Positions 45,805 to 57,855 of a stretch of 64,000 bases of DNA are shown here, piece by piece. Position numbers and translations under genes: made by a program. The stretch covers positions 310,001 through 374,000 of the forward strand of contig JAPETS010000003.1 of assembly GCA_026023565.1 (NCBI GenBank), read 5' to 3'. Origin of the DNA: Cirrosporium novae-zelandiae (taxonomy: Eukaryota). Below the pieces are notes generated by a model, which was not told the origin of the DNA, ran no database searches, and saw only the letters and a list, made by a program, of their open reading frames with translations. Numbering within the stretch: the first letter of the stretch is position 1; every line of letters begins with the position of its first letter.

Positions 45805-46829
45805 TTAAATGTTGACAATGTCCTTGCCTGTCAGATTCGGCTTTACAACCTTTCCATCAAGCCAGTCTTTGCATTTTGAATACAATATCTCCTTTTCTGG
45901 TCCGTGAGCGTTAAGATCCATCTTTGGCGGTCGACCGATCTTGGCCTCGCACCATGCAAGATATCGATAGCCACTAGAAGAGAATGTTAACGTCTATTTA
46001 TGTTGTGAAGATCTAGGATCAACCGACCTAGGGTATTTCATCACTTCCTCCTCTGGGATGGAAAAGCACTTGCCAGGCTGGACAGGAATCATTTTATCCT
46101 ATAGCTGTTAGTATCATCTATCTCTTAAAGCAAAATATGAAGAGAAGTACCTTGTTGAATAGTAGGGTAATGAAGCTTATTCCCCATTTACCTTCACGCT
46201 TTTCGAGTAAATAGAAGAAGCAGCAATCAGCCTCGTTATCTACTTCGATGCCCTCGAAAGTGAAACGACAGGTAATCGTGACTTTCATTTTCGAGACCTG
46301 ACCGAGCATTAGTATCCTTGTATAAATTAACCCTCGTGATACCTACAGCCCGGTTCCCTTGGAGATCAACAGTCATACCAATGATCCTGTGCTGAACTGC
46401 GATGTCTCAGTAGTGAAAAGAGACAAATCATTATTCTTAAAACTTACTATACATGAATGTCGAGCCAAGTGCGAACCCCTGGAGAATAAACGTCAGCTAA
46501 CTATCAGCAGGGCAGAGCTTTTTACATACTTCCATTGAAGCCTTAATGAACTCATCAATGGATCCTTGTTTCCAGCTTGTGGTAATATATGCATCAGAGT
46601 GAAACTATGCAATAACTGTCAGCAGAAGACTGTAGTCAAGATACTTAACATCTCATACCATAGACCGATAGTTGTTCCATTCTGCTGCATCTCTATAGCA
46701 TCCCCAACCTTCACAGATTTCTCTAATCTTGAAGCGCTCCAAGGCCTCAGCATCCGTGCCATTGTTTCTCGAGGCCTTAGCTGGCCATAGTTCTTGAGGC
46801 GGTTGGGAGGTATGATAAAGATCAGCCAT
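45805..46829 (-). CDS. SnoaL-like/NTF2 protein of the PEP2 (pea pathogenicity protein 2)-like family, 7 exons
   Basis: Spliced: ERFKIREICEGWGCYRDAAEWNNYRSM|FHSDAYITTSW..GSIDEFIKASME|G..HRIIGMTVDL..RA|VSKMKVTITCRF..|DKMIPV..YP|SGYRYLAWCE; six GT-AG introns. Confidence 0.78.
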
Positions 46830-47681
46830 TTTCAAACACTTTGCAAGGAGAATGTATGATGCCGATTGAAACAGTGTCTATTTGCTTCTGGCACCTTATA
46901 TATCCTCGAAAATCCATATCGACGGAAGAATCGGTTGGAAATGGCTCATACAAAGCCGGCATCGTGTGATGCTTGTGGGTCTTTCTATATGTCAAGATCC
47001 AATATTATACAGGTAAATATCACTTCCTGGAGGATGCAGCCATTCAGTGGGACCCCAGGACAAAGTACGAGACTGGTCTCGAGAGATGAGGTGGACAGAC
47101 TTAGGGCCTCAGGGGCTCAGTACAAAATATGGGCAAAAATCGGCAGAAAAACTCGGCAGTTGTGAAAAAGGGAGCCCGTTTAGGTTACATTTACTATGAG
47201 TTGGAGAATTTGTGGAGAAGAGAAGAAGACTGAGAATAGAACTTGAATTGCAATTGGAGGTAGATGATAGCAAAAATGTAAAGATATATTTTTTACTTTC
47301 AAGGTACTTTAGTACAATGAATGAAAGGAGAAAATGCCATGGATTGAATGAACGAACGGCCAGCAAAGCAAATGATGACATCAAATGCAAAAGGTGCAAA
47401 CACTGTAAACACCATAAACATTATAATTAACATTAATTCAACATCCAGGGAATTTATCTTCAGAGCCAGCCAGGCTCTAGCTACGACGTCTGAATCTTTA
47501 ACACATTTACGAAGTCTTATACAGTATAGACCATCAAACTAGAGAAAGTAGTGGGGTGAAGTGGAGCTCTATAAACCATATAGAGAGACTTCCCTTTCAA
47601 CTAAGTATAGCTAAACTCAATCCGACTGGTTTATCCACCTCTTACTAAACCCCGTCCAAAGTCTAATAGGTCCATGCCATC

Positions 47682-48263
47682 ATGCCCGCCTCTATCTCGC
47701 TCCTTACCCTTCCTCTAGAGCTTCAGGTTGAAATCCTCAAATATCTTCCGCTCACTGCGCTCTTAACGCTCAAACAAGTGAACCGTGGCTTACATAACCT
47801 AATACTAGAAGAATATGAGGAAACTCGGCCCGAAAAGATTTCTTCCGTGGCTATCTGGGAATATCTTTGCTTTGCGGAACGATGGCCAGATTTGGACCCA
47901 GAGCAGAGGGAGCCTGTAAGACTGACTTGCTATGGCTGCTTGCAAAACTTACCCAAGACTCGTTTTGGACATAAACAAGGTGCTATTGAAAGGGGATGCA
48001 AAAATGCATATGGACGATGCTGCTCTAAATGCGACGAGGCGTCCCCACCTGGTTGTCGAACAATGATCCCAAACCATACGGATGGTCTAGGTTGGATCCG
48101 AAAGATGCGTTGTGGGCTTTGTAAAGAATTCATGTATGGAGAAACGGCATCATGTCCTGAATTCGGAGCTATCACTGGCTGGGTATTTGAGCCGTGCTCA
48201 TTGCACACTACTCCCGCGAGTAGAAGCAACGAGACTAATGAGGCGAATATGCTGATGATATAA
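47682..48263 (+). CDS. F-box protein with Cys-rich C-terminus
   Basis: LLTLPLELQVEILKYLPLTALLTLKQVNRGLHNLI is an F-box consensus; CYGC..CCSKC..CGLC. Confidence 0.78.
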   Translation: MPASISLLTLPLELQVEILKYLPLTALLTLKQVNRGLHNLILEEYEETRPEKISSVAIWEYLCFAERWPDLDPEQREPVRLTCYGCLQNLPKTRFGHKQGAIERGCKNAYGRCCSKCDEASPPGCRTMIPNHTDGLGWIRKMRCGLCKEFMYGETASCPEFGAITGWVFEPCSLHTTPASRSNETNEANMLMI

Positions 48264-49402
48264 CCGGGAAATTTTTCTCATTGGCACCGAATTTATCATG
48301 AGCGGCAAATATACTTTGACTTCGAAGCAGACGCAGCAAACTTGTGGCAATTATAGTCCACGAATATCAACGTCACATGTACCTATGAAAGTAGCGGTAT
48401 ATATCTCGGCAGGTGGTACGATTGACTATTTTAGTTAGATCGATATTTACATTCATCACGACATAATCATCAAATCTCTATCTACGCCCCATTTGAGAGC
48501 CCTATCCCATGTTCATACCTCATGGCCTTTATTTCCCCTGGGCTTTCCCATATCTCTTGACACTCTTGATTATTTTGAGCCCATATGCTTCTCGATCCTG
48601 ACTGGTGTTCTCGAATATATTTCAACTTTCGAAAATAATGTTCAATTCCACCCTTAGCAGCACCAACGATAGATGGGTCTTCCAACTCGGGCGTGGATCA
48701 AAGAGCTCTTACCAGATGAAAGCTGCTCTGCACTCATTGACGAAATGGCGATCGAGTGACAGTAGTCCCGCATGTGGTCACTTCAATGCGGGGACCCAAT
48801 GAGTCAACGAATATTTATATAGTGAAAGTGAAGCCAAATAAGGACGCTGACAGACACAACCCTCGGTTAAGGATGGATTGATATGGTATTCTTAAAAGAG
48901 GGACCCAGACATACAACTAGTCTTGGTAGCTTAGTAATTTCCTGAAACTGCGAGGGAAGATGCCCCGACAGATATATAGGGTCTTATAAACTATCTGCCA
49001 CAACTACCTAGTCTTCAAGTTAACGTACAAAAGTTTTCCTGGGGGATAATGTCGGCTGTACCCAAAAAATATTTACTCACAAAATTAAGCGTGACCATCT
49101 CACTACCAACTCTTGCCTATTAGCCACTTTGAGGAAGCGGATCTTGTTGAAAGTACCTTCAGGAAACTTTAGGGTGGAAACACAAGTCAATTTTGCCGCA
49201 TTCGAAATAGTTTACTCTGAGGCGAGAATATTGAAACGCACACTGTAGTGATGTAGTGTCGGGTTGTAGATGTCGGCCTTGGTGTATATTCGGCCCGGTA
49301 CATTTCAGGATGAAGCTATGCCCGGCCCGAGGCCTGGCGGAAGAAGTTGTTTGCGCTAAAACATCATCGTTGGAATCAGCTCACAACCATCAACATTTCA
49401 CA

Positions 49403-51127
49403 ATGGGTAAAAACACCGATAAACTCTACATCACTCATTCGGAATGGTCGTCCTCAGATGCATATGGCGCGAGCGGAAGCTCTGGTGTATCCAAATCCAA
49501 GGCTCCCAGTGCCTCCTTCAAACGCCTTCCCTTCAACTTTTGCGCCCTCTCCCTCCAACCCTTCCAACACCCTGTCTGCACCTCCGAAGGGACTATATTC
49601 GAACTCACGCACATCCTCCCTTGGCTGAAGAAACATGGCACCAACCCCGTCGATGGAACCCCGCTCAAGACCTCTGAACTGATCAAACTGGATTTTGTGA
49701 AGAATGACGCAGGAGAAATGGTGGATCCCGTTACCTACAAAGTCTTTACCGATAATACACATATTGTCGCGCTAAAAAACACAGGTCATGTTTTCGCATG
49801 GGATACGGTGGAGCGGCTGAACATCAAGGGAAAGAATTGGAAGGACTTGGTCAGCGAGGAGGAATTTACGAGAAAGGACATTATTACGTTACAAGACCCG
49901 CAGAATGTTGGGGCGAGAGATCTAAGTTTCTTTAAATACCTGCAAGAAGGAAAGGGCCCGGTCGGTGAAAAGACGAGCGAGGAACATGGGAGTATCAACA
50001 CGGACGCAATGGGTAATGCGGGGAGGATATTAAAGGCTAAAGAAGCTGTCGCAAAGGCTCGAGCAGAGCGGCAGCAGAAAGCGGCCGCTACAAACTCCAA
50101 GTCTTCCTCCACCTCCAAATCCCTCGTCCCTTCAAAACGTCCAAGTCCTCAATCCTACAACAACGACTCCGCGACCCCTTACAATGCCGCACAACACACC
50201 ACCGGGCAGGCCGCTGCCTCCTTCACCTCCACAGGTCTCACGCCTGTAACCTCCGGCGCGCGCGCCCTCCTCTCAGACGAAGAATACATGCTCAAACCCC
50301 GCCGTGTCAAAACCAAAGGCTACGCGCGCGTCCAAACCACCCTCGGAGACCTCAACCTGGAACTAAACCCCGAATTCGCCCCAAAAGCCGTCTGGAACTT
50401 CATCAAGCTCTCCAAGCAAGGCTACTACAAAGGCGTAATCTTCCACCGCAATATCAAAAACTTCATGATCCAGGGCGGCGACCCCACTGGCACGGGCAAA
50501 GGCGGCCGCAGCATCTGGGGCAAGAACTTCGAAGACGAGTTTGATGGCCCCCTGACCCACGACTCCCGCGGCGTCCTGAGCATGGCCAACAAAGGCAAAA
50601 ACACAAACTCCAGCCAGTTCTTCATCATCTACCGCAGCGTCCCCCACCTCAATCGCAAGCACACCGTCTTCGGACACGTCATGCCGGAGAGCATGGACGT
50701 GCTCGGGAAGATGGAACGCGCCCCCACGGAGGATAGCGACACTAACCGCCCCGATCCAGATATTATCATCGAAGATGTCGTCGTGTATGTAGACCCCTTT
50801 GAGGAATTTCAGCGACATCGCCAGGAGCAGGAGGAGAAAGAGAAAGAGAAAGAAGAAATTCGACGCCTGGGAGGCGCCGAGGATGAGAGGGTCACGTGGA
50901 CCGGGAAGAGGGTTCGGCGGGATGGAACTGTGGAGGAGAAAAGTGGGACCGTGGGCGGGGTGGGGAAGTATTTGAAGGCTGCGATTGCGGAGAGGGATAG
51001 TGGTGGTGGTGGCGGTGGTGCTACTGATGTAAACGAAGACGAAATCGTAGGCGAGTGGGATGGGCCTGCGGAGCCAGTTAAGAAGAAGAGGGCAGTAGGG
51101 GGATTTGGGAATTTTGATTCTTGGTAG
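49403..51127 (+). CDS. CYP8: Peptidyl-prolyl isomerase-like 2 (PPIL2/Cyp60; U-box + cyclophilin)
   Basis: MGKNTDKLYITHSEW, FKRLPFNFCALSLQPF, FHRNIKNFMIQGGDPTGTGKGG, SMANKGKNTNSSQFFI, C-terminal FGNFDSW. Confidence 0.93.
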   Translation: MGKNTDKLYITHSEWSSSDAYGASGSSGVSKSKAPSASFKRLPFNFCALSLQPFQHPVCTSEGTIFELTHILPWLKKHGTNPVDGTPLKTSELIKLDFVKNDAGEMVDPVTYKVFTDNTHIVALKNTGHVFAWDTVERLNIKGKNWKDLVSEEEFTRKDIITLQDPQNVGARDLSFFKYLQEGKGPVGEKTSEEHGSINTDAMGNAGRILKAKEAVAKARAERQQKAAATNSKSSSTSKSLVPSKRPSPQSYNNDSATPYNAAQHTTGQAAASFTSTGLTPVTSGARALLSDEEYMLKPRRVKTKGYARVQTTLGDLNLELNPEFAPKAVWNFIKLSKQGYYKGVIFHRNIKNFMIQGGDPTGTGKGGRSIWGKNFEDEFDGPLTHDSRGVLSMANKGKNTNSSQFFIIYRSVPHLNRKHTVFGHVMPESMDVLGKMERAPTEDSDTNRPDPDIIIEDVVVYVDPFEEFQRHRQEQEEKEKEKEEIRRLGGAEDERVTWTGKRVRRDGTVEEKSGTVGGVGKYLKAAIAERDSGGGGGGATDVNEDEIVGEWDGPAEPVKKKRAVGGFGNFDSW

Positions 51128-51766
51128 GATTGCTTAGGTACTATGTTTGGATTGGATTGGTATATATATATATATATATACTTGGGGGGGGGGGGTTATG
51201 GACACACTTGCTTGTTTGCATGTGTTGTATTTGAATTTATATCCCGGGATGTGGAACTATATAGATATAACGAACTGTGGGGTTTTTTAGGCTGGACGTG
51301 TGTAAATAGTAAATATAGTTAAAAACAAAATGTAAAGAGCCTCACAGTTAATTGTCTAGAAGAGGTTGGGGAGGCCGCGGACTAATTTATATGCTTGTTC
51401 TTAGCTCTCACCCATCCCCCCTCCCCCTTTATATACTAAGAATATTATTCGATAAATAAAAAATTGCGAAATAGACACTTACTCTCGAGTGTGAGAGGTT
51501 CCTGGTAGAATACTAATGAATTACTACGTTAGCTGCAGTACCTTTCCTGTTGCTGATTACAATTAGTATTAAAAGACCTAGAGGATATAGTCTGTGTTTT
51601 CTAGTGTGCCCCAAAGTCCATATAACACCATTTTCTTTTCGTGGTAGATATAGAAAGAATTAATGGAAAAGGTGGATTCAGAGACAACCAACCAACGCAT
51701 TGAGAGGCCCTCGTTAAAGGGGAATAGAAAAGAAAGAAAGATAGAAGCTGCAGGATCATTGCCCCC

Positions 51767-51798
51767 CACCCCGACCCCGACCCCGACCCCGACCCCCG
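51767..51798. repeat. Hexanucleotide tandem repeat (CCCCGA)n, about 5 units
   Basis: ccccgaccccgaccccgaccccgacccc in the EDC3 3' region. Confidence 0.85.
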
Positions 51799-51881
51799 TC
51801 CGATGCGCCCCATATGCCCCCAAGAATCATGAACGCCATATCTAACTTCATAATCCGTCCCGTTGTTTCATCTTCTAGTCA

Positions 51882-54195
51882 TTATGTTCCACCAGCCTGA
51901 TATTTCATATGCACCAGGTACTCATTACCAAAGTCTACGTGACGACGTCGAGTCCCAAATTTCTTCTTCCAGGCAGCAGAGCCAATTCCGATGTCTGCAA
52001 CAAATAGATGCCAGTTCTCGCCGTTCCCAGCCATCATGTAGTTGTATAGACCAACTTTTGGTAGAGCAAGTGAGACGACTATATCTGGCTGGATTAGGAG
52101 TTCCACGTTGCCATATACGATGACTTCACCAGTAGTAGCTGAAAGGCCTGAAGGAACATCCACAGCAATGACATTGCATGTTTTTTTGTTAGCCAATTCC
52201 ATTAATTCTAGTGTAGCTTGTTGATCATCCGTTCGAAGGTCATCGTAGTTAACATGTATGCCGAACAAGGCATCAATGATAAGATGAGGAGAAGAGTGTC
52301 TAGAGCCGAACTCCTGGACTGTATCTTGAGGTGAAATGATTCTACCACCATTTTTCTGGAATACCTTGACCTGACGCCTGAATTCATCCATGAATTCATG
52401 CTCGCGATGGTGTCCAAGTACACAGACTGACACGCGAGCACCGCGATTACGAAGGTGACGGGCGGCAGCAATTGCTCTATATCCACACTTGTGGTTTCCG
52501 ACAAGAGCAAGGATTGTGGCACCGTTGATTTTGTCTAAGCATTGGAAGGCCGCTCCTACGACTCCTCTCGCAGCATTTTCGGTCAACATATCTTCAGTCA
52601 TGCCCAATTCTGTAATGCATAATTGCTCAAGTTCAAGGAGATGAAGGGGGTTAATATAATAGAGAAATTTGCCAGATGGGTGAAGGTGGAAGGAGGGCTT
52701 CGCGGAAGCTGGAGTAGTATTTCCAGCCAAGTTAGCTAGCTTCTGTTGCAGGTCGCCTTCATGACGAACTTGTTTTCCGCGACGGGTCGAACCCCGCATG
52801 CTTGATGAACTGACACCGGGGAGGCCACCGGACCCAGAGCCGCCAAGCGCACTCGGTTTTCGCGACATAATCTTAGCTGATGCTCTTGATTGACGGCCAT
52901 GAGATCCACGTCCGGAATCAAATTTGGTCTCACTATGCTTCTCGTTTCCATCTTCAGTGTCCCCAGCTTCACTGTCCCATGGAGCAGCATTGTTTTGCGT
53001 AGCTGGAGGATCAGGGTCAAGGACATTCTCTGTATAATGAAGATTTTTGCCTCCGTTGGTTCCAGGTCGCGGCTTTTGTCTGTTAAAGCTGACAAGACGT
53101 TCACTTTCGGCCGTCTTATCATCATTTCGAATTTGGTCGAAGATGGTACGCTTGTCGAACTTGGAGAGATTAGCCTCAAAGTCAAAGTCACCCATTTCTT
53201 GAATGTCTGTGGCATCTTCTGTTGCCCATCCACTGTTCACTTGCCCTTTTCCGGGCCGCCCTCTCTTGCCCTTCGACCTGGACTGCTTCCCGGACGGAGC
53301 TTGAGGGCTTCCGGCGAGTCCTTGAAGGTGTGGTTCCTCCAAAAGGGAAGAATGGCGCCACCCTTTTGAATGAATATTAGTCTGAGCAGTACGAGAATGC
53401 ATGTCTTCTGGGCTTGAATCTGGCATTTGAGGACTTCCCTCTGGTGGGGCCGTTTGAATCGAGGCATCCCTCAAAAGATTATGTTTGCCGCCACGAGTGT
53501 TAGGTTTTCCGGGATAAGATACTGCATCTTTCAAAGGCTGTTCATTTTCATTTGCATATACCACATGGTCTACCTTGATGTAGCTAGCTTCAGTGTCCTC
53601 GTAATATATGCCATCTTTTCTACCATAGCTGTTGGGTGCCCCGTATGTATCGTGTTTCGGAGTAGTATAAGAAGATGGAATTGTAGGCCTATTGCGACCT
53701 GGGCTGCTGCCTTCAGCTTGTAACAGGAGTTCTTTTGGGATCGGAGGTGGTACGGGTTTGACGGGGGTTTGCTCGCGATCGGAAGGCCGACTGAAGCTAA
53801 GTATTGCAGGATCGACAAAGGTTTCAGCTTGTGTCATGTCAGGTTGAGACTGCTCTAATGGCCGGTGGGGTATATTGACGGAGGATGGCAGAGCGGACGA
53901 AGCAATAGCAGGTTCAGGTGGTGTAGGGTCAGTTGTTGGGAGTACATCCAGGTCGGCAATATTGGCGCCATCGATATCACAAATAGGTAAGTTCTCGCCA
54001 GTGGAAAGAACAATCACTAAGAGTAGAGGTGTCAGTGAGAGCTCTATTGCTATCAAGTTTGTGCAACTTACAATCCTTCAACGTCAATATTGGGCCATTA
54101 ATACGTTCAACCACGCCGCGAAGTTTGATGTCCGGCGGATTGTTGAGAGTTAATAACAAGGTCGAACCTATATATTCATCTGACCCGGCCGCCAT
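51882..54195 (-). CDS. EDC3: Enhancer of mRNA decapping 3 (LSm, FDF, YjeF_N)
   Basis: LSm-like exon 1 (YIGSTLLLTL); GWATEDATDIQEMGDFDFEANLSKFDK (FDF); YjeF_N ENAARG..GNHKCG..AVDVPSG; intron 54017-54071. Confidence 0.92.
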
Positions 54196-54728
54196 GTTGG
54201 TGATTTGATTTGATGTATGTTAAAACAAAAGTTTGAGTAGGAGATCTCTTAAGACGAAGAATAAGCAAGAAGTTAAAGCTTCTCAACGCATTGAGGAAAT
54301 TTCACGATGAGATAGAGAGGGCCATGAGAAAGTGCAATGAATCGGCTCAGGTAAATGATAGAATGATGATTATCAAACCATGCGACGATTGGTTCAAGTA
54401 TTTATAGACCACCTGGAGGGAAAGAGCCTTCTCATTTAGTTTTATAAAAGCCCATGGAGGTTTAATACATATATTTTCTACAAAGTTACGTATCTACTGT
54501 CACTCGAGCTACAATGAAAGCTTACATCAGTTATAACTTCCACAATTCAATCAAAGCGAAATCATCAAGTGGATTCTACTGGTTTATGGATATTCCTGGT
54601 CGCTCTATTGGTATTTATAAAATGCAGTCCATGAAGATAGATGCCGTAAAAGAACCCATATATCATGAGCGGGTTTATTGCTCTCTCAAAAACAAGAGTT
54701 ATGCAATAGTAGAGAAAATCCAATCGTT

Positions 54729-57361
54729 TTAATAACCACCATATGAGACTCCACCATCTCCTTCAAGTTCCTTGTCATATTCGTCTGTAGGTGAATCTGC
54801 TCTTGCCATAGCTTCATCCACAGCATAAAGTTTGTTATAAAAGTCTTTCACTTTCTCATGGGCCATCACCTTTCTAGGGTCGAAACGCAAAACTTGAAGG
54901 CCATCTTTTGAAGTAGCTCGGCTGAGTGCCACATAAGCCTGTCCTTTTTCAAACACCTTTCCTAGATCAACCTTGACTCGTTCAAGGGTCTGACCTTGTG
55001 CTTTATGAATTGAGAGTGCCCATGCCAGAATAAGTGGGATTTGCGCTCGGGAAGCCTGAACCTCACCATTTGGTAACTCAATCTGCCATGTCTCTCGTTG
55101 GCACAAGAAATCCCTGGTCGAACCATCTGCTATTTGAAATCGAACCACGGGCCAAACTGCAGCTGTGTCGTCAAACAGTTCTTTATTGATCATACCCTTG
55201 AGCTTCTTCCTCGATCGAGATATGCTCTCGTCGCCATCCTTAAGAGCCGCTTCAAATTCATCCTCATCGTCTTTGTAGTACGCATATGTCTTCTCGTTCA
55301 TAAAGTTGACAATCTTTCCCAATGACCCGTTCACCAAGGTATCATCAATGTTCTTGATTAGCATGACTTGCGCCCCTTTTTTGAGAGTGATCTCTTGAGG
55401 TGCCATACAGTTCTCAAGTAGTCTATCCCGCTGTTTGGTGTCTTGAATGGCTCCCGCATCATGAGCCCTGAATGTCCTGCCGTTACCGGCAAGTTCGCCC
55501 ATTTTGACTCTGTTGGCCCTTTCAACTTCGGACCGAGTTGGAAATCTGGGACTATTAGTGAAAGTACAAGTGCCGAAGAAAAGAAGACTTACAACTCGGT
55601 AGCATCTATCGAATCACCATATTCAATAGGCCTTTGAAGGCTTCTGAATGTGTTTATCGATTCTACACTTAATTTGCCGAGTCGCATCTCATTGAGCATC
55701 GCAGCAAATTCGGGGTCCTTTTGCCGAAAGACCTGCCTCAACCCAATTGTGTGGTCAATACACACACTCCATGTCTGGGCATCAAATGCGAATTTGGCCA
55801 TCCTTCCATGCTCCGGAACAGGTGGTAGCTGGAAGAAATCACCAGTAACCACGAGCTGTATACCTCCGAATGGTCTCCCATTATTGCGAATAGTTCGTGC
55901 AATTTGCTCAAGTTTGTCGAATAAATCAGCATCAACCATAGATACTTCATCAATGATCAATACTTTGGTTTTCTGCCACCTCATCTTTGCCTTTTGATTC
56001 CGTCGTACCTTCTTTACCAGCTCTGGCGCGGCATCTTTTCCTAAACCAATTCCTGCATAAGAATGTAAAGTGACACCTCCAATATTACACGCTGCTAGCC
56101 CAGTAGAGGCCGCCACAGCTACGGCGCCTTCAACTTTCTTGTACTTCTTCTTCAGGTGAAAGATTATCTCTCTCATCAGAACCGACTTACCGGTTCCAGC
56201 AGGACCGGTAAAGAACACACTCTTCCCACCTTCCTTGACTAGATGCAATACGTTCAATTGTTCCCGGCTCAAATTAACTGGCCCAACCTTGGGCCCGAGG
56301 TTCTTCCCTCTTTTGGACTGTTTGCTAGCGGGCTCGGCTTTCTTATGCGTTTGACGAAATTGCTTTTGCTCAGCCTTAACGGCACTAGCAGTTTTGTCCC
56401 AGGGCATGTCATCGGATTTACGACTTTTGGGGGTTGCCTTTGCATTTCTATCGGGTGGTGCGTGTCCCTCTGGCTCCTCATGCTTGTATTCCGATAACCA
56501 AGGTAGGGCTCTACGCTTATGAGGACGACCCCCAGGCTGGGTGGGAGGATTCGAAAAGGCATCATGATACTCCGGTTTTGCCTGTGGTGAATGTTCCATT
56601 TGACGTACCGGAGATGAGGACCATGGCAGCGGTGCACTGCTGTTTGGAAGATTATCCACCGATGGATGCTGTCTAGGTGGCGGTAGAGATGGATGTAACG
56701 GCAGAGCGTGGCGTTGTACTACTATTGATGATTTCTGCTCCACAATGGGGTCTTGAATCTCCAATTGAAGATGTTCGTCATCTGAGAAATCATTCTCATC
56801 AAAGTATACTGCATCATATAAAGAGGGTGTAGCCGAATCATCCAATGGCAGTTGTGGATAAGATATTGTTTCCGAAAATGAGTCTTGTTTATCCAAAGTG
56901 CGTTCCAACATGCTGCTACTCTTGCGCTTCACTCCTTGGCTAGATGTACTTGACCGTGATGATGCCGTCCCATTCAGCGAGAACAGTGCTGTCGGCTTGA
57001 GGGCAGAACTGGTACTTGAAGGTCCTATATTTCTAGTCGACGGATAAACAGGGGTTTGTAACTGGTGGAGGAATGAGTGGAGGCCAGGGGAGGATTGACT
57101 GTTTGAGGGGAATGGACGAGATGAAGTCACTTTAGCATTGTCTGACGCTTTGTTATCGCTAGACAGAACGGCCGCTTTCAACATTATCTGAGGACTGTGG
57201 AGGAGAGCCGAGGTTGTAAACGAGTGAAAAGAAGTTGTTGACCAAAGATAATGTCGTTGTGGTCGAATGTGGAATTTGGAAAACAAAGTATGAGGACTAG
57301 CGTGGATAGCTGCCTTGCATTTGAGTACTGGACCCACGGACCATCGAGAGAATAAGGACAT
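54729..57361 (-). CDS. PIF1: ATP-dependent DNA helicase Pif1
   Basis: [63 protein letters not shown]; intron 55546-55592. Confidence 0.95.
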
Positions 57362-57503
57362 GCACCGGGGCTATAGTTCGCTCAACCTTGAAGCATCACA
57401 ATGGTAGAGGGATTATTTTGGATTGCGAGTATTGAAGGGACATCTGGGGAAAGAGCTTGATGTGGTTAGGTTAATGTTCACAATACATAGGTAATTAACG
57501 GAA

Positions 57504-57520
57504 ACGCGGTCCAACGCGAA
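57504..57520. promoter_or_regulatory. Tandem MCB-like boxes (ACGCG, ACGCGAA) upstream of PIF1
   Basis: gaaacgcggtccaacgcgaa about 145-160 bp upstream of the first ATG. Confidence 0.5.
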
Positions 57521-57855
57521 TTCTTGGCATCGATAACAATCCAACCAAGCAAGCGATTATTAACCGCTCACCCATCAACTGTGGAAAATTTAAAAGTAGG
57601 GCTTAGACTAGACTGTCAACTAGCTGCCTTATCTGCTTATCTACGAATTATCCAAAGTATTCCAAACCCATCATAAGGCCATCTAATCATTGCGCATTTA
57701 TCGTACAGTACATCCTTCAGAGCTTCTTGCGTGATCCCTCTATCTAACGCCAGCACAGATAATCTGAGCCCTTTGAATGCCATCACTTTTTTCCACGACG
57801 CTACATTTCTTTTTACTTCTCAAGTATCCTATATGAATGCTTTCTTTCATCTTTT

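Noticed and set aside
48482..48685. 67-aa ORF with protein-like composition
   Set aside because: TTG start, no motif, no convincing upstream exon
49256..49402. N-terminal extension of CYP8 in the ORF track
   Set aside because: Begins at GTG; family N-terminus is MGKNTDKLY at ATG 49403. An in-frame ATG near 49310 exists but I have no support for its use
51161..51196. (TA)n followed by poly-G; also (AAG)n at ~30082-30101
   Set aside because: Ordinary microsatellites
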